Part shown: positions 11,980 to 24,540 of the stretch, piece after piece
Position numbering within the stretch: the first letter of the stretch is position 1
Layout of the letters: each line of letters starts with the position of its first letter
From: the human T2T-CHM13v2.0 reference genome, Homo sapiens
Assembly: GCF_009914755.1 (NCBI RefSeq)
Contig: NC_060929.1
Length of the DNA: 64,000 nucleotides
Reading direction: 5' to 3' (one strand)
Made by a program: the position numbers and the translations under genes
The notes under the pieces: model-generated
What the model was told of the DNA's origin: nothing
What the model saw: only the letters and a program-made list of their open reading frames with translations
Databases searched by the model: none

Positions 11980-12926
11980 CTATGTACCCATCTTAAGAAA
12001 TAACAAAGTTGTTTTTATAGGTCTTCACTGGGTGGAAAAATATTAACAAGCAACCAGGTCAAGAACAAAAAATAACAACCAAAACAATTAGTGGTGTCCC
12101 ACAAATAGATCCAGAAATTGAAGGCCATGAAACAGAGACATTGGAGAGTCTGCCCAGTGTTCATTAGTTGAAAATCTAGACTTGAGTCACCAACAATGCT
12201 GACATCATAAATCCAGTATGCCAGCTGACTTAAGGATAACTCAGGTGGTTTGTAGATACTGAACTGGGATGGGCATCCTTATTTCAACAGCGGCGCATGT
12301 TTGGAAGAGCACGGGCCCAACTCAGGACTCGGAGTTGCCAAGCGGACCGTTTCCCCTAACCCAGGCCTGTTTCCTGTCCTGAGGTCCTGGTACCTCCAGG
12401 AATCTATTCTGTTCTCAGAGTGTCCCTCTCATTTTGTAATGGTAGAAAATGAGAAAATGAAAAACAGACCATTTTTTTCTTTGAAGCCATGTTCTGTAAC
12501 TTCCTCCTGCTTCTTTTGCATTTTGGGTTTTGCCAGTACTTGAGACTTCCCTTTTTCTGAATTTTAGTCAGTTTTTAATTTATCATTCTAATAGGGGCCA
12601 TGGAAATTAGAATAATAAAGGTTTGCTACTGATCATAACATAGTATTAATTTTAGTAGATTGACAGCTTTTTTTTTCCCCTCTAGATTTAAATATTTGAA
12701 CAGAGAATAACAGGTTATGAAACTGACTAATTCAGGTCTGGCCTCTGCCTTCCTCTGTAGTCAGCCATCCCCCAGGTTTGCTGCCCTGGAGTTGAGCACA
12801 CCAGGGCCTTTCAGCCTTACCATTAGGGAAATGAGGCAGATAGAGGAGGTTGGGCAGTGACTTGCGGAGACAGGTGGCAGGGGCAGAGGATTAACCACCC
12901 AAGCCCAACAAGCATATCCACACTGA

Positions 12927-13691
<765 letters not shown>

Positions 13692-13711
13692 ATCGCCTTT
13701 ATAAAGGATAT

Positions 13712-14058
13712 TAGTTGTCCTCCTTTACACAGGGAGGATCTTTTCAGGACCTGCAGTCTATGCCTGAAACTGCACATAGTACTGAACCCTATATAAGCTA
13801 TATTTTTTCCTATACATATGTACCTATGATAAAATTTAATTTATAATTTAAGCACAGTAAGAGATTAACCATAATACCGAATAATAAAATAGAACAATTA
13901 TAACAATATATTGTAATAAGATTTATATAAAAATGATCTTTCTGTCTTCACTTTCTCTCAAAATATCTTGTATACTGCACTCACCTGTTTTCAGACTGCA
14001 TGGTCTGTGGTCACACTGCAACTGTGGAAACCGAGACCATAGATACGGGGGACTACTG
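13712..14058. mobile_element. MER44A-like non-autonomous TcMar-Tigger DNA transposon
   Basis: Degenerate TIRs (TAGTTGTCCTCCTTTA ... TACGGGGGACTACTG); ATGCCTGAAACTGCACATAGTACTGAACCCTATATA; ~345 bp. Confidence 0.8.
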
Positions 14059-14349
14059 AGGAGACCACACCGTTTGTGTTGTGATTGTCATATGGTTTAT
14101 TTCTGTATCTATGTATAATCCCTACAAATTATAGTTACTTTTTTCTTTAAACAATGATCTTTTGAAGAAATTAAAACAGGAGAAAAATACGCATTTACTG
14201 TGTGTGGGGCTTTTGATTTTTTAGTGTAGACACAAGTTTCCATCAGGGATTTTTTTTTTGTCCTTCAGCCTGAAGAATAAAAATTTTTAATATTATAGCT
14301 CACGTCTACTGGCCACAGATCCTCTCAGCTTGTTGTTTGTGCGCACACT

Positions 14350-14924
14350 TGGCGTCTGTGTGTCCAGCTCTCCTCTTATAAGGATACCAATCAAATTGGA
14401 TTGGGGACCACCTTAAGACTAATTTTAACTGAGTCACCTCTTTAAACATTCTGTTTCCAAATGCAGTTGCTTTCTGAGATATTGGGAGTTAAGTCTTCAG
14501 CATATGAACTTTTTGGTGTTTCTTAGTCTGTTTGTACTGCTGTAACAAAATATCTGAGACTGGGTAATTTGTAAAGAACAGAAATTTATTTTCCACAGTT
14601 CTGGGGGCTGGGAATTCAAGATCAGGGCACCCACAGATTCAGTGTCTGGTGAGGGCAGCTCTGGGCTTCCAAGAGGGTGCTTTCTTGCTGTGTCCTCACA
14701 TGGTAGATGAGATGGGAGGTGGAGGGGCAAAAGGCACTGGGGTACACCTTTCAACATCTTTTGTAAAAGCACTAATCCACTCATAAGGGTGGAGCCCTTA
14801 TGACTTAATCACTTCTAACCACCTCTTAATACCACCACCTTGGGGTTTAGGTTTCAACATATGAATTTTGAGGGGAGATACACCTTCAGACCATAGCAGG
14901 AGGGACACAATTCAGATCATAACA
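14350..14924 (-). mobile_element. MLT1A-like LTR fragment (14350-14516 and 14899-14924) split by an MST LTR
   Basis: CTTATAAGGATACCAATCAAATTGGATT...CATATGAACTTTTTGG, resuming GGAGGGACACAATTCAGATCATAACA. Confidence 0.7.
14517..14898 (-). mobile_element. MST (MSTC/MSTD-like) MaLR solo LTR nested in MLT1A
   Basis: TGTTCTTAGTCTGTTTGTACTGCTGTAACAAAATATCTGAGACTGGGTAATTT ... TTCAGACCATAGCA. Confidence 0.85.
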
Positions 14925-15202
14925 ATCGGGATGTTTTAGACTGCAATTAAGCAAATGCCAATGAACAGTGATTTGAATAGTAAAGACATTAAATTGTCTT
15001 ATATGAAGGGCAGTCTGGGATTGGGTAGATTCAGGATTGGATCCTTGGCTAAACAGTGTCATCAGGGACCAGTTCTATCTATTCTCATCCTTAGCATGTT
15101 ACATTTTTATCTGCAGACTTGCCTCTTTGTGGGCGGAAATAGCTTTCTCAGCAACAGGTATCACAGGTTCCTGCCAACCTCTTTTTAAGACAGGAAGAGG
15201 GG

Positions 15203-15223
15203 GAGAGAGAGAGAGAGAGAGAG

Positions 15224-15269
<46 letters not shown>
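15203..15269. repeat. Compound (GA)n(GT)n microsatellite
   Basis: Direct reading. Confidence 0.97.
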
Positions 15270-15271
<2 letters not shown>

Positions 15272-15879
15272 GGGTGGACACAGAGGGCAGCAATAAATTG
15301 CTTCTCTAGTAGTGTCTATCCCTTTTCATCCGGGAGTAAAATCTTTCCTGGAGCCTCTTTAAGCCTCATTGGCCAGAACTGAGTCACAGCCTTAAGGGAA
15401 GCTGTGAAAGTGAGTATTGGGCATTGAGGGAGAACCTCTATTGTGGGAGGTTGGCTGTGCCCATAGGGGAAGGGGAGGGGCATGGTTACAGGGTGGACAA
15501 GAAGCATCTGTACTAACCCTGGGCTCCCATTCCCTAAAGGCCAGTTACAGCCATCAGTATTCCTGATACTAATAATCCCAGGTTTCATTGGAGTTAAAAC
15601 TAACCACCCATGATGGTAGTTGGGAGGAGAAAACCAAATAATAATATGGAAGGTGTTGAAAATCACATATACATAATTACTACTAGCAGTGACTTTTTCT
15701 TATTCTTTTTCATTTTAAAACTGACTGGAAGTATCTTGAAGCAGTGATTTTTTGATGTTAAAGGTCATGGGTTTATAAAATAGCACTACTTACTTTGGGG
15801 AAAGCATCCTACATTCCAGCCAGAAAGGTATCCATCATATAGAGAATTCCTTAATTTTCCAGAAATGTTTACCATCCCA

Positions 15880-16090
15880 GTAATCATGGCAAACACTTGT
15901 TGAGTACGTAGGGTGGGCCAGCAGGCACTGTGCTGAGTGCTTTATACACATTATTTAATTTCATCTTCAGGAGGAATCTATGAGAAAGATACTATTGTTA
16001 AGCCTTGTTTGCAGATAAGGAATTGAGGCTTAAGGAGGTTAAGTAACATGCTGTGAATGCCTGGCCACGCTGGGATTTACACTCTGGTGG
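15880..16090 (-). mobile_element. MIR SINE
   Basis: GGCACTGTGCTGAGTGCTTTATACACATT...TTTGCAGATAAGGAATTGAGGCTTAAGGAGGTTAAGTAAC. Confidence 0.8.
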
Positions 16091-16396
16091 CTCAGCTGCC
16101 CTCCCATACTTGTGCTACAGGGTGTTACTCTTCAATAATACTGCCACAAACACCCTCTTTTTCTGTGAACTCTCAAAGGCTGTTGCCTCTCCAACCAGTC
16201 TGGTTCTGCTACAAAGCTTGTCTCCATGTTTCATTCTTCACATTTTGTTGTTTTTAATAGTAGAAGGATGAACCATGGTGGTGTGCAGAGCTGGTCATGC
16301 CATACCTCATGGAGTGTGAGATGTGTCATCTTGTATTTGTGAGAACCCAATGCCCGACTGTTCATTGCAATTCTGGTAGATATCTAAGAGGTTATT

Positions 16397-16592
16397 TTGT
16401 TATTTTATTTTTTTTATTTATTATATGTGTTTGTTAGAGATAGGGTCTTGCTCTGTTGCCCAGGCTGGAGTGCAATGGCTATTCACAGGCACAATCATAG
16501 CACACTACAACCTCAAACTCTTGGCTTCAAGCAGTTCTCTCGCCTCAACCTTTTGTGTAGCTGGGACTACAGGTGCATGCCACCACACCCAA
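16397..16592 (-). mobile_element. FAM (fossil Alu monomer)
   Basis: Monomer retaining the 7SL-like GGCTATTCACAGGCACAATC segment; T-rich tail. Confidence 0.8.
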
Positions 16593-16884
16593 CTCTAGGA
16601 AGTCATTTTGAATTGAGATTGCTCTTGAGGTATTTTGGAGCATGTCATTTGTTATATGCTTTTAAAAATAATTTAAAGTGTTATAAGGCAAATTTTAATT
16701 AAACAGTGTACATTCAGTTATTTACCTTCAAAGTGAAAAGTTCATTGAAACAGTGTTCGTAAGATGCTGGTTCCTGTCTGATTTATTACTGGGTCCCTAC
16801 ACTTTTCCACCTAGCACTGAGAGACACGTTGCAATTTTTTCCGTCAGTTGGCTACTGTGCTGATATGCCTAGATTTTCTTAATG

Positions 16885-18128
16885 CTTTTTTAATACTTTT
16901 ATTGTAAAACATAAATATCAAAAAGCCACACAAAACAAATGTACACAACTTAGTGAATTATTACAAAGCAAACACCCATATATATCACTAGCATTTAGGT
17001 CAAGAAATAGAACTTTGCCAGAGGGACCAAAATTTTACATCCCATCCTGATCACATTTCCCTCTGTTCCTCCAAAAATAAATGCCATCCTGACTTTATAG
17101 TAATTACTTCCTTGCATCTCTTTATGGTTTTATTACCCAAATGAGCAGCCTGACCCACTGAGTTTTAGTCTTACCCATTAAAAAAAAAAAAAGATGTTTA
17201 AGTCTCTTTTAATCTACAGACCCCTCTACCAGAGTCTCCTTCCTTTAAATTTTTTTTTTTAATTTGTTGCAGGACCTGGGCTGTTTAATTTGTAGAGTTT
17301 CCCACAGTGTTGATAACAAGAAAGATTCACACTCACGGTACAGTTTAACTTACTGCTTTGCCCTCTGTTTCCTGTATCTGGATCCAGAGACTTGATCAGA
17401 TTCAGGTCTCATCCCTTTGGCAAGATTACAGATGGTGGTGTATTCTTTCACTGGGAGACACATGGGGTCTGGTTTTTCCACTCTTTTGATGTTAGCAGCT
17501 GTTGATCCTCAGTGTCTCGATCTGTTAATTCAGTGGGGGCAATTGCAGAATGGTGATACTCTAATTCTATCATTTTGATTTTATTTATTAGCTGGAATAA
17601 TTTTATAAGGATAGACGCCTTTTCAATCTGTTATTTGATTGCCCAGTGGTACAATTCACATAGGAAAGGGATGATAAATGCTTGATTCTTTCCTTTGATT
17701 TACTCAGTTTTCAAGAATTGATTTCATGTCATTCTCAGAAGATCACTGATTAGGGTTTTTTTTTAATTGTTATGAGCTCATGGAATTAAATCTTTTTTAT
17801 AGGTTTTAGTCTATTGAAATTTTAGTTTTTACTGAGACTCAAATTGTCCCATCTTTGACCAATGGGAGCCTCTTCAGTTGGCCCCTAAGTCCTCCTGACC
17901 TGACCTTAGTATTCTTGTTAGTTTCCTGCTCTTTGATTTGTTAAGGTGATCCATGCTTGTCTTGTACATTTCTTGCCTATACCTGGAGTCAACCATTTTC
18001 CCAAGAAACCCTGGTTATTTTTTAGCGAGAAATGGTATTTCAAGACTATAGTCCAGACACTGGGAATCCTCATTCACTGGAATGGTTAGTATTTATAGGC
18101 CTTTCCTCGGTCAGAGCTGGGAAACACA

Positions 18129-18186
<58 letters not shown>

Positions 18187-18900
18187 CTCTCTCTCTCTCT
18201 CTCACACTTACATGCAAACATAAATACTCATATAAAGATAAAATACTTTGTGAGTTCATAATGCTATTTCCAATTAAAGTTCAAGACTATAGGGTTTCTG
18301 TTTAACCTCTTATATATTACATTTTTATTCCTTTTCTTCCACACTTAGAATCCTGGTTCTTTGGTCACAAGGGAAATAGACTATTGTGTAATTACCTATT
18401 TGATTACCCCATATTACACACAAATCGTCTCCAAATAATGACATTAATACTACCATTACCAGCTATGATTACTGAAAACAATAAAAATAATTTCTTTGGC
18501 ATATGCCATACTAATTCTTTCCCACCTTAAAAAAATGGTTTAGTACTTCTGCATCATCAGATCTTATTATTGTTATATATTAAAATATCTCCCTTTTAAT
18601 ACTCATTTAGTCTTATTTGTACAGGTTGTTGTATATATCATGCTTATCACTTGTCCTCATATCAGTGTCTCTAGACATTTTGATTGAAGCTCTTTCTCTA
18701 GTAGATTTAATAGGAGGGGATCATGAGAACAATATTCCCTAATTTCAAGTTGATAAAACTTGGTCTGTGACCTTTATAATTAAGGGTCACTGTTGTCTGA
18801 TATAAAATCCTTGGCTCAAATTTTCTTTCCTTGAGAATCTTAAATATGTCACTCCATTTTCTTCTGACGTAAACTATTGTTGTCCGAAAGAGTCTAATGA
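16885..18900 (-). mobile_element. Ancient L1M/HAL1-like LINE fragments
   Basis: GGTCAAGAAATAGAAC, AAATTGTCCCATCTTTGACCAATGGGAGCC and CCTGGAGTCAACCATTTTCCCAAGAAACCCTGG motifs; T-rich strand bias. Confidence 0.55.
18124..18205. repeat. Compound (CA)n(CT)n microsatellite
   Basis: Direct reading. Confidence 0.97.
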
Positions 18901-20236
18901 TGATGATCTCAATGTTTTCCTGCTATACGTGCTACTCTTTTAGCACTTTTCAGAGTATCAACTATATATCATTTCATTCAGTCAACAGAGTATGAGCATT
19001 CCAGTACTGTAACTAGTGAGCTGTTATGTTACCAAATCTGAGTGTGTGACTTGGTCAACCCTGTTCCCAAATAATCTCTTTCTGCTCTTGACCCAGAATA
19101 AGCCACTTACTCTCAGTAACTGTAGGTTTTTTATCTTTGTAACATCTGCTGGACCTTGTAAAGAGTTCAGAGTTAACACTAAATATATACTTGTTTATGA
19201 AATAAATGCTGTGGAAGGATGTGGGCTTTTTTCTTTTTCTTATTAGCCTGTTGGGAACTGTCCCATCCCTTTGCCTCTTTTCCTCTGATCTGGTGAGGCT
19301 TTGCCTTTGTGCTCCTTGAAACGGGCCCTTCCCCTGAGCAGAAGGTATGTGGGTGCAGCACCCATTGGTTCTGGGTTGTCCCATGGATTCAGTGTCAGGT
19401 TTTCAGACTGTGTTCTTGTTGTATTGCATTTTCAGGACTAGCATGTTGGGAACTCCTGGCGCACAGAGTGTCTGACTCCACAGTAAGGCCACTGTGGTCC
19501 CCACGCCTGCTTGCCCTTTTCTTTGTCTACACCCTGATCTGTTCCTTCCTGGGTTTCACAGCCTAGGCCCCTGGCATGTGGGGCATAGACCCCAGCCTCT
19601 CTGTGACCTTCCTTTTCTGACCACTGCATCAGTGGGTGCCAGGGATTCCACCTGCTCAGACAGGCCCTTTCTTCCTTCCTGCCCTTTCCTTTCTTGACTG
19701 ATCTTTTTGGTCTTCATTTCTTGCCCATCAGAACCTTTTGCAGGGCACTACAAAATGGGACCCTTGGCCAAGATGTGACCCAGATGCATTTTGCTCAACT
19801 TATACACTGTGTTCAGCTTTTAAAATTTTCATCTCACTTAGTGGGGCATTTGTGCGAGTTTGGCCAAAGACTCTGCTGCTCCCTATTGTGTTCCTCCTGG
19901 TCGGTCATACATTTCATTTATCTGCCTGGCTTCTAGAGACAGGTGAGTTGGTGACCTCTGAACTTTGGTATCTCTTGCTTCTCAAAGCATTCACCATGTG
20001 GTGATGACCTTGGGCTGCCCTATTTTATTCATGACCTGCACTAGTTCAGCAAGACATTCTTGCCCTGGTTCACTCACCCTGTTAGGTCCTGGCCTGTGGG
20101 CCATTCCGACTTTTTCTTTCATCCTCTTGAGGATCCCAATCACATGTAATAATAGGAAAAAAACAATCTTATGACACTTAGCTTTTAAAAGCATTCATTC
20201 TACAAAAACAATGATGAAAATGATCAAGGAGTGATA

Positions 20237-20367
20237 GGCTAGGCATAGTGGCCCAAACCTGAAGTCCCAGCTACTCTGGAGGCTGAGGTGGAAGGATCCC
20301 TTGAGCCCAGGAGTTTGAGACCAGCCTGGCAACATAGCAAGACCCTGTTTGTATTAATTAAAAAAAA
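20237..20367 (+). mobile_element. FLAM-type Alu monomer
   Basis: GGCTAGGCATAGTGG...GAGCCCAGGAGTTTGAGACCAGCCTGGCAACATAGCAAGACCC plus A-rich tail. Confidence 0.88.
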
Positions 20368-20914
20368 GTAATGGAATAATGGTTCTTCCCTGATGGATGT
20401 GAATGCTTAGGTGATCTCTTATTGCAGGTATAAAGAAAAAGGGAAACTCTTAGCCTTGGTCACACCAGGGAGAGCTTGCCGTAAGAGAGTCGGTGATATG
20501 GAAAAGCTGCCTGTGACTTGAGAAATTGCTCTTACTCCCTCCTTTTCTGTTCCTTGTCAGTGCCCTGAAGTAAGGAGTTGTAGAGTTGGGCTCTTCTCTG
20601 CTGTGGCTGGGCCTGTGGGAGGCAGCTCATGAGCCTGACTGCCCTAGTGAATTTCTTCCCAGGTGTAGTTTTTCAGGTCACAATTGAAGCAGTACTGGAA
20701 ATGACTCTTTGCTCCTAAGAATCTTCGAGACAAATAAGGACTTGGGTTAAAAAAACAAAACAAAACAAAACTGTTTCTATTCCATTTTATTAATTCAGCA
20801 GAAGTCATACTGAAGACTTGTTCTTCTCCTGTTCTCAGCTGCCTGTCTTTTTGCCTTTTGCCTCTGGTTAGCCCATGTATGTGCCAAGTGTGGCAGTAAA
20901 GGCTGAGTAGTTTT

Positions 20915-21100
20915 TGACCACTTACTATGTGCCAGGCACTGTGCTAAGATCTCTCTGTACATTGCCACATTCTTCAATGGCAGTTTGAAATAAGTTCTAT
21001 CATTATTATCCCCATTTTAAAGATGGGAAAACAGACTGCAAGAACTTAAGTTGTTACCCAAGGTCAGAGGCAATCTGATGTTCAAATCCGGTGGTTTCTA
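20915..21100 (-). mobile_element. MIR SINE
   Basis: TACTATGTGCCAGGCACTGTGCTAAG...ATTATCCCCATTTTAAAGATGGGAAAACAG. Confidence 0.8.
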
Positions 21101-21277
21101 ACCATATTGCCATAGTTCCTCTTGCAGGAACTATGCCACCTAGCCAGCTTGCAGGGGCTTGCTGGAGGGCAGTAACAGAGCTGGGTTCCAGAGGCTGCAG
21201 GATGGAGATCTTGAATATTGTAGAACAGTTCTTCAACAGAAAAAAAAAATCTTTTGAACAGATTTTTCTCAGAGCTA

Positions 21278-21604
<327 letters not shown>

Positions 21605-22599
21605 CTAAGTCTCACAGCCTGAGTAGCCCCAGGTTTATAAATCCATTGTCAGGGCTGCAAACAACTTGAGAGCAACCTGCCTTGCTGATAACAAGTCAGC
21701 AGTGTTACTAGCATTTGCTTGTTAACAATACCTCAATAAGGGACAAGAAGAAGGGAGGTGAAACTTAAATGTGCCAATTTTGAAACTTGCTAGGCATTCT
21801 AGTAGTGAGTTTGGTGGAGAAAGAAGTTAAAATTATCTAAAAATAACGTTTTTGAATTTCTTACTATCTGTGCCATCTCTCCATATGTTGTCAGAATCTT
21901 TTTTTTTCTAATTTAAAGCATCATTTATACCCAGAGGAATATCATAGAGAAATTTTGCTTACATGGTCTTTTTGAAATAGTTAAGCAAAGGACGCAGCCA
22001 TTATTTGGTACTAGGTAATGGGAAAAGCTCTGGACAGGCGAGCAGGAGGAGGCGAGCAGGCGAGCAGACTGGGTATATAATATTGCTGAGATGCTCAACC
22101 CCTCTGGGCCATAATTGGTATATCTAAGAAATGTGAGTTGTCAACTATAAATCATCTCTAATCCCTCAGTGTGAAAATTCTGTATTCTGATAATTGTCAC
22201 ATGTACTTTTCATTGTCATTTTAAGCATGGGAACCAGGGAGTCCAAAGCTACTGGTAGAGCCAGAGGGGTAGTATCCTGGGTCCCTGTGGGAAGGAGTGC
22301 TGACTGCCCCAGTGTGGAATGAGGAATTCTGCACAAGTGGCTTTGGGTGGGAAGCCAGGAAGAACTCTGGCCCCAGAGGCTTCCCAGGAGGCTCCAGAAC
22401 TACAAAATGTTGCCTTGAGATAATCTTGTGAGTAGATTTATTTTTAGGCTATATTTGTGTTCCCTCTCATTGCTAAGATAAGTGACTGTTAACTATACTA
22501 ACATACAAGGAAACTTTGCTAAATTATCTTTTACACAAGAGAGCCTATCTGTGAAAGTATCCAAGAAGCTGATACAAGTGACCACAAGTGAATTAATTT

Positions 22600-22965
22600 T
22601 GATACAAAAAGCGTTCATTACAGCATTGTTCTTAAGAATGAACAAAACAAAAACTCAAACCACTTAAATATGCATCAGCTGCTTACATACATGAGGGTGC
22701 TTCCTTGAGATGAAACACTGTGCAGCTTTAGAACAAGGTTGGTCTCTATGCACTGATATGGAAAGATCTCCAAGACAGATTAACTTAAAAAACAAAATAC
22801 TGATCTCATTATGTGTAAAAAGGCATATTGTAAGTTTATGAGTACATACGCTTTTTTTTTAGAAGAATGAACAACATACTGTTAGTAGTAGAACTATGAG
22901 TTGAAAGAAAAAGTTTAACTTTTTATTTTATACTGTCTGTGTGTTTAAATTGTGTAATAAAAATA
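22600..22965 (+). mobile_element. Old L1ME 3' fragment
   Basis: GTTCATTACAGCATTGTT...CTGATATGGAAAGATCTCCAAGA. Confidence 0.55.
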
Positions 22966-23226
22966 TATTTGGCAAAGGAGGGAATTTAGATTTCAGTTCA
23001 GGTTTTGAGGCATTCTAGTACTTCCTTAGAAAAATCTGTGTAAAAAGTGCATGCTGAGAAAAGGTGGGCATTGTCTGGAAACTCTTCAGGCTCCCAATGT
23101 TGGGTAACTCCCTCACTGCACTTCCCCAGCCTTTACTATCCTCTTCTCAAAACAGAAATCTCTGGTTATTGATTCCTCTAACCCAGAATAGTCAATGGCT
23201 CCTAGTGTCTATTAAAAAAAAGTCCC

Positions 23227-23523
23227 GGTTGGCACGGTGGCTCACGCCTGTAATCCCAGCACTTTTGGAGGCCGAGGTGGGTGGATCACGAGGTCAGGAG
23301 ATCGAGACCATCCTGGCTAACACGGTGAAACCCCGTCTCTACTAAAAATGCAAAAAAATTATCTGGGCATAGTGGCGGGCGCCTGTAATTCCAGCTACTC
23401 TGGAGGCTGAGGCAGGAGAATGGCGAGAACCCGGGAGGCAGAGCTTGCAGAGAGCCAAGAATGAGCCCCTGTGCTCCAGCCAGGGCGACAGAGCAAGACT
23501 CCCTCTCAAAAAAAAAAAAAAAA
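23227..23523 (+). mobile_element. Full-length AluY-like
   Basis: GGATCACGAGGTCAGGAGATCGAGACCATCCTGGCTAACACGG; GAATGGCG; GAGCTTGCAG; TSD AAAAAAAAGTCCC. Confidence 0.95.
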
Positions 23524-24164
23524 GTCCCAAAGAGCATCATGGCAGAGCAGACAGGGTATGGGCCTGGCCTGTGAGTTTGTCATCTTGCATTTGGGCAATG
23601 TTTGTGGTGGCTCTGCCATGCCCCAGTCACAGTGTTAGTGCGGGAATACAAAGGTGAACTGCATGCTGTGAAACTGTATGCAACTTCCTCTAGCCTCAGT
23701 CTTCCCACTTACAAGACAAGTTGTCAGGATTAAATAGAACAACAAATGCACAGAGCCCAGAGGACAATATTTGCTCGCTTGCCCCATCCTTCTCTCCATG
23801 TCCAAGGCCAGATGTGATGCCTACTCCTCCTCTGAGTGTCTCCTTTGGTTCCCATTTCTAAACCCTGCATTGTTCCAGAACGCATCGCAAGCATCCCTTC
23901 CTTTGCCTGGTTGTATTGCCCCTTTCCTGCACTGCCCATTGCTTCTCTTTCCTGGACATCATTAGCCTACCCTTTAGGAGCCAGTTCAGATGCTGCCTCC
24001 TCCAGGAAACCTTTTCTGGTCCAGAAGTCATCTCTTCCTCTTAAGGTTTTGTGTAGTTCTTTCTAGTCTCCTTTCTTTATATTGATTCTATCACTTACAG
24101 CATTCCTCCTTAGTTTGCAGCTTTCTGTGCCTTACTAGGATAGCTTCCAGGGGACAGTAACCAA

Positions 24165-24540
24165 GTTTTTTTTTTTTTTTTTTTTTTGCTTTTTTTCCCC
24201 AGCTTTACTGAGATATAATTGACACATAAAAAATTGTATATATTCAAGGGGTAGAATGTGATGATTTGATGTGTAATGATTACCACAGTCAAGTTAATTA
24301 ACACATCCTTCATCACACATAGTTACCGTGTGTGTGTATGTGTGGTGGGAACACTTAAAATCTGCTCTATTAGTAAATTTCAAGTAAACAATACAGAATT
24401 ATTAACTATAGTCGCCGTGCTGTATATTAGATCTCCAGAACTTACTCATCTTATAACTGAAGGTTTGTATCAACAACTCCCCATTCCCCACCCTCCAAAC
24501 CCAGCCCCTGGCAGCTGCTGTTCTGCTGTCTGCTTCTAGG
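24165..24540 (-). mobile_element. 5'-truncated L1MA (late MA subfamily) 3' end
   Basis: Poly(T) then CAGCTTTACTGAGATATAATTGACA...ATTAGATCTCCAGAACTTACTCATCTTATAACTGAA; degenerate TSD AGTAAC..AGTTTT. Confidence 0.82.
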
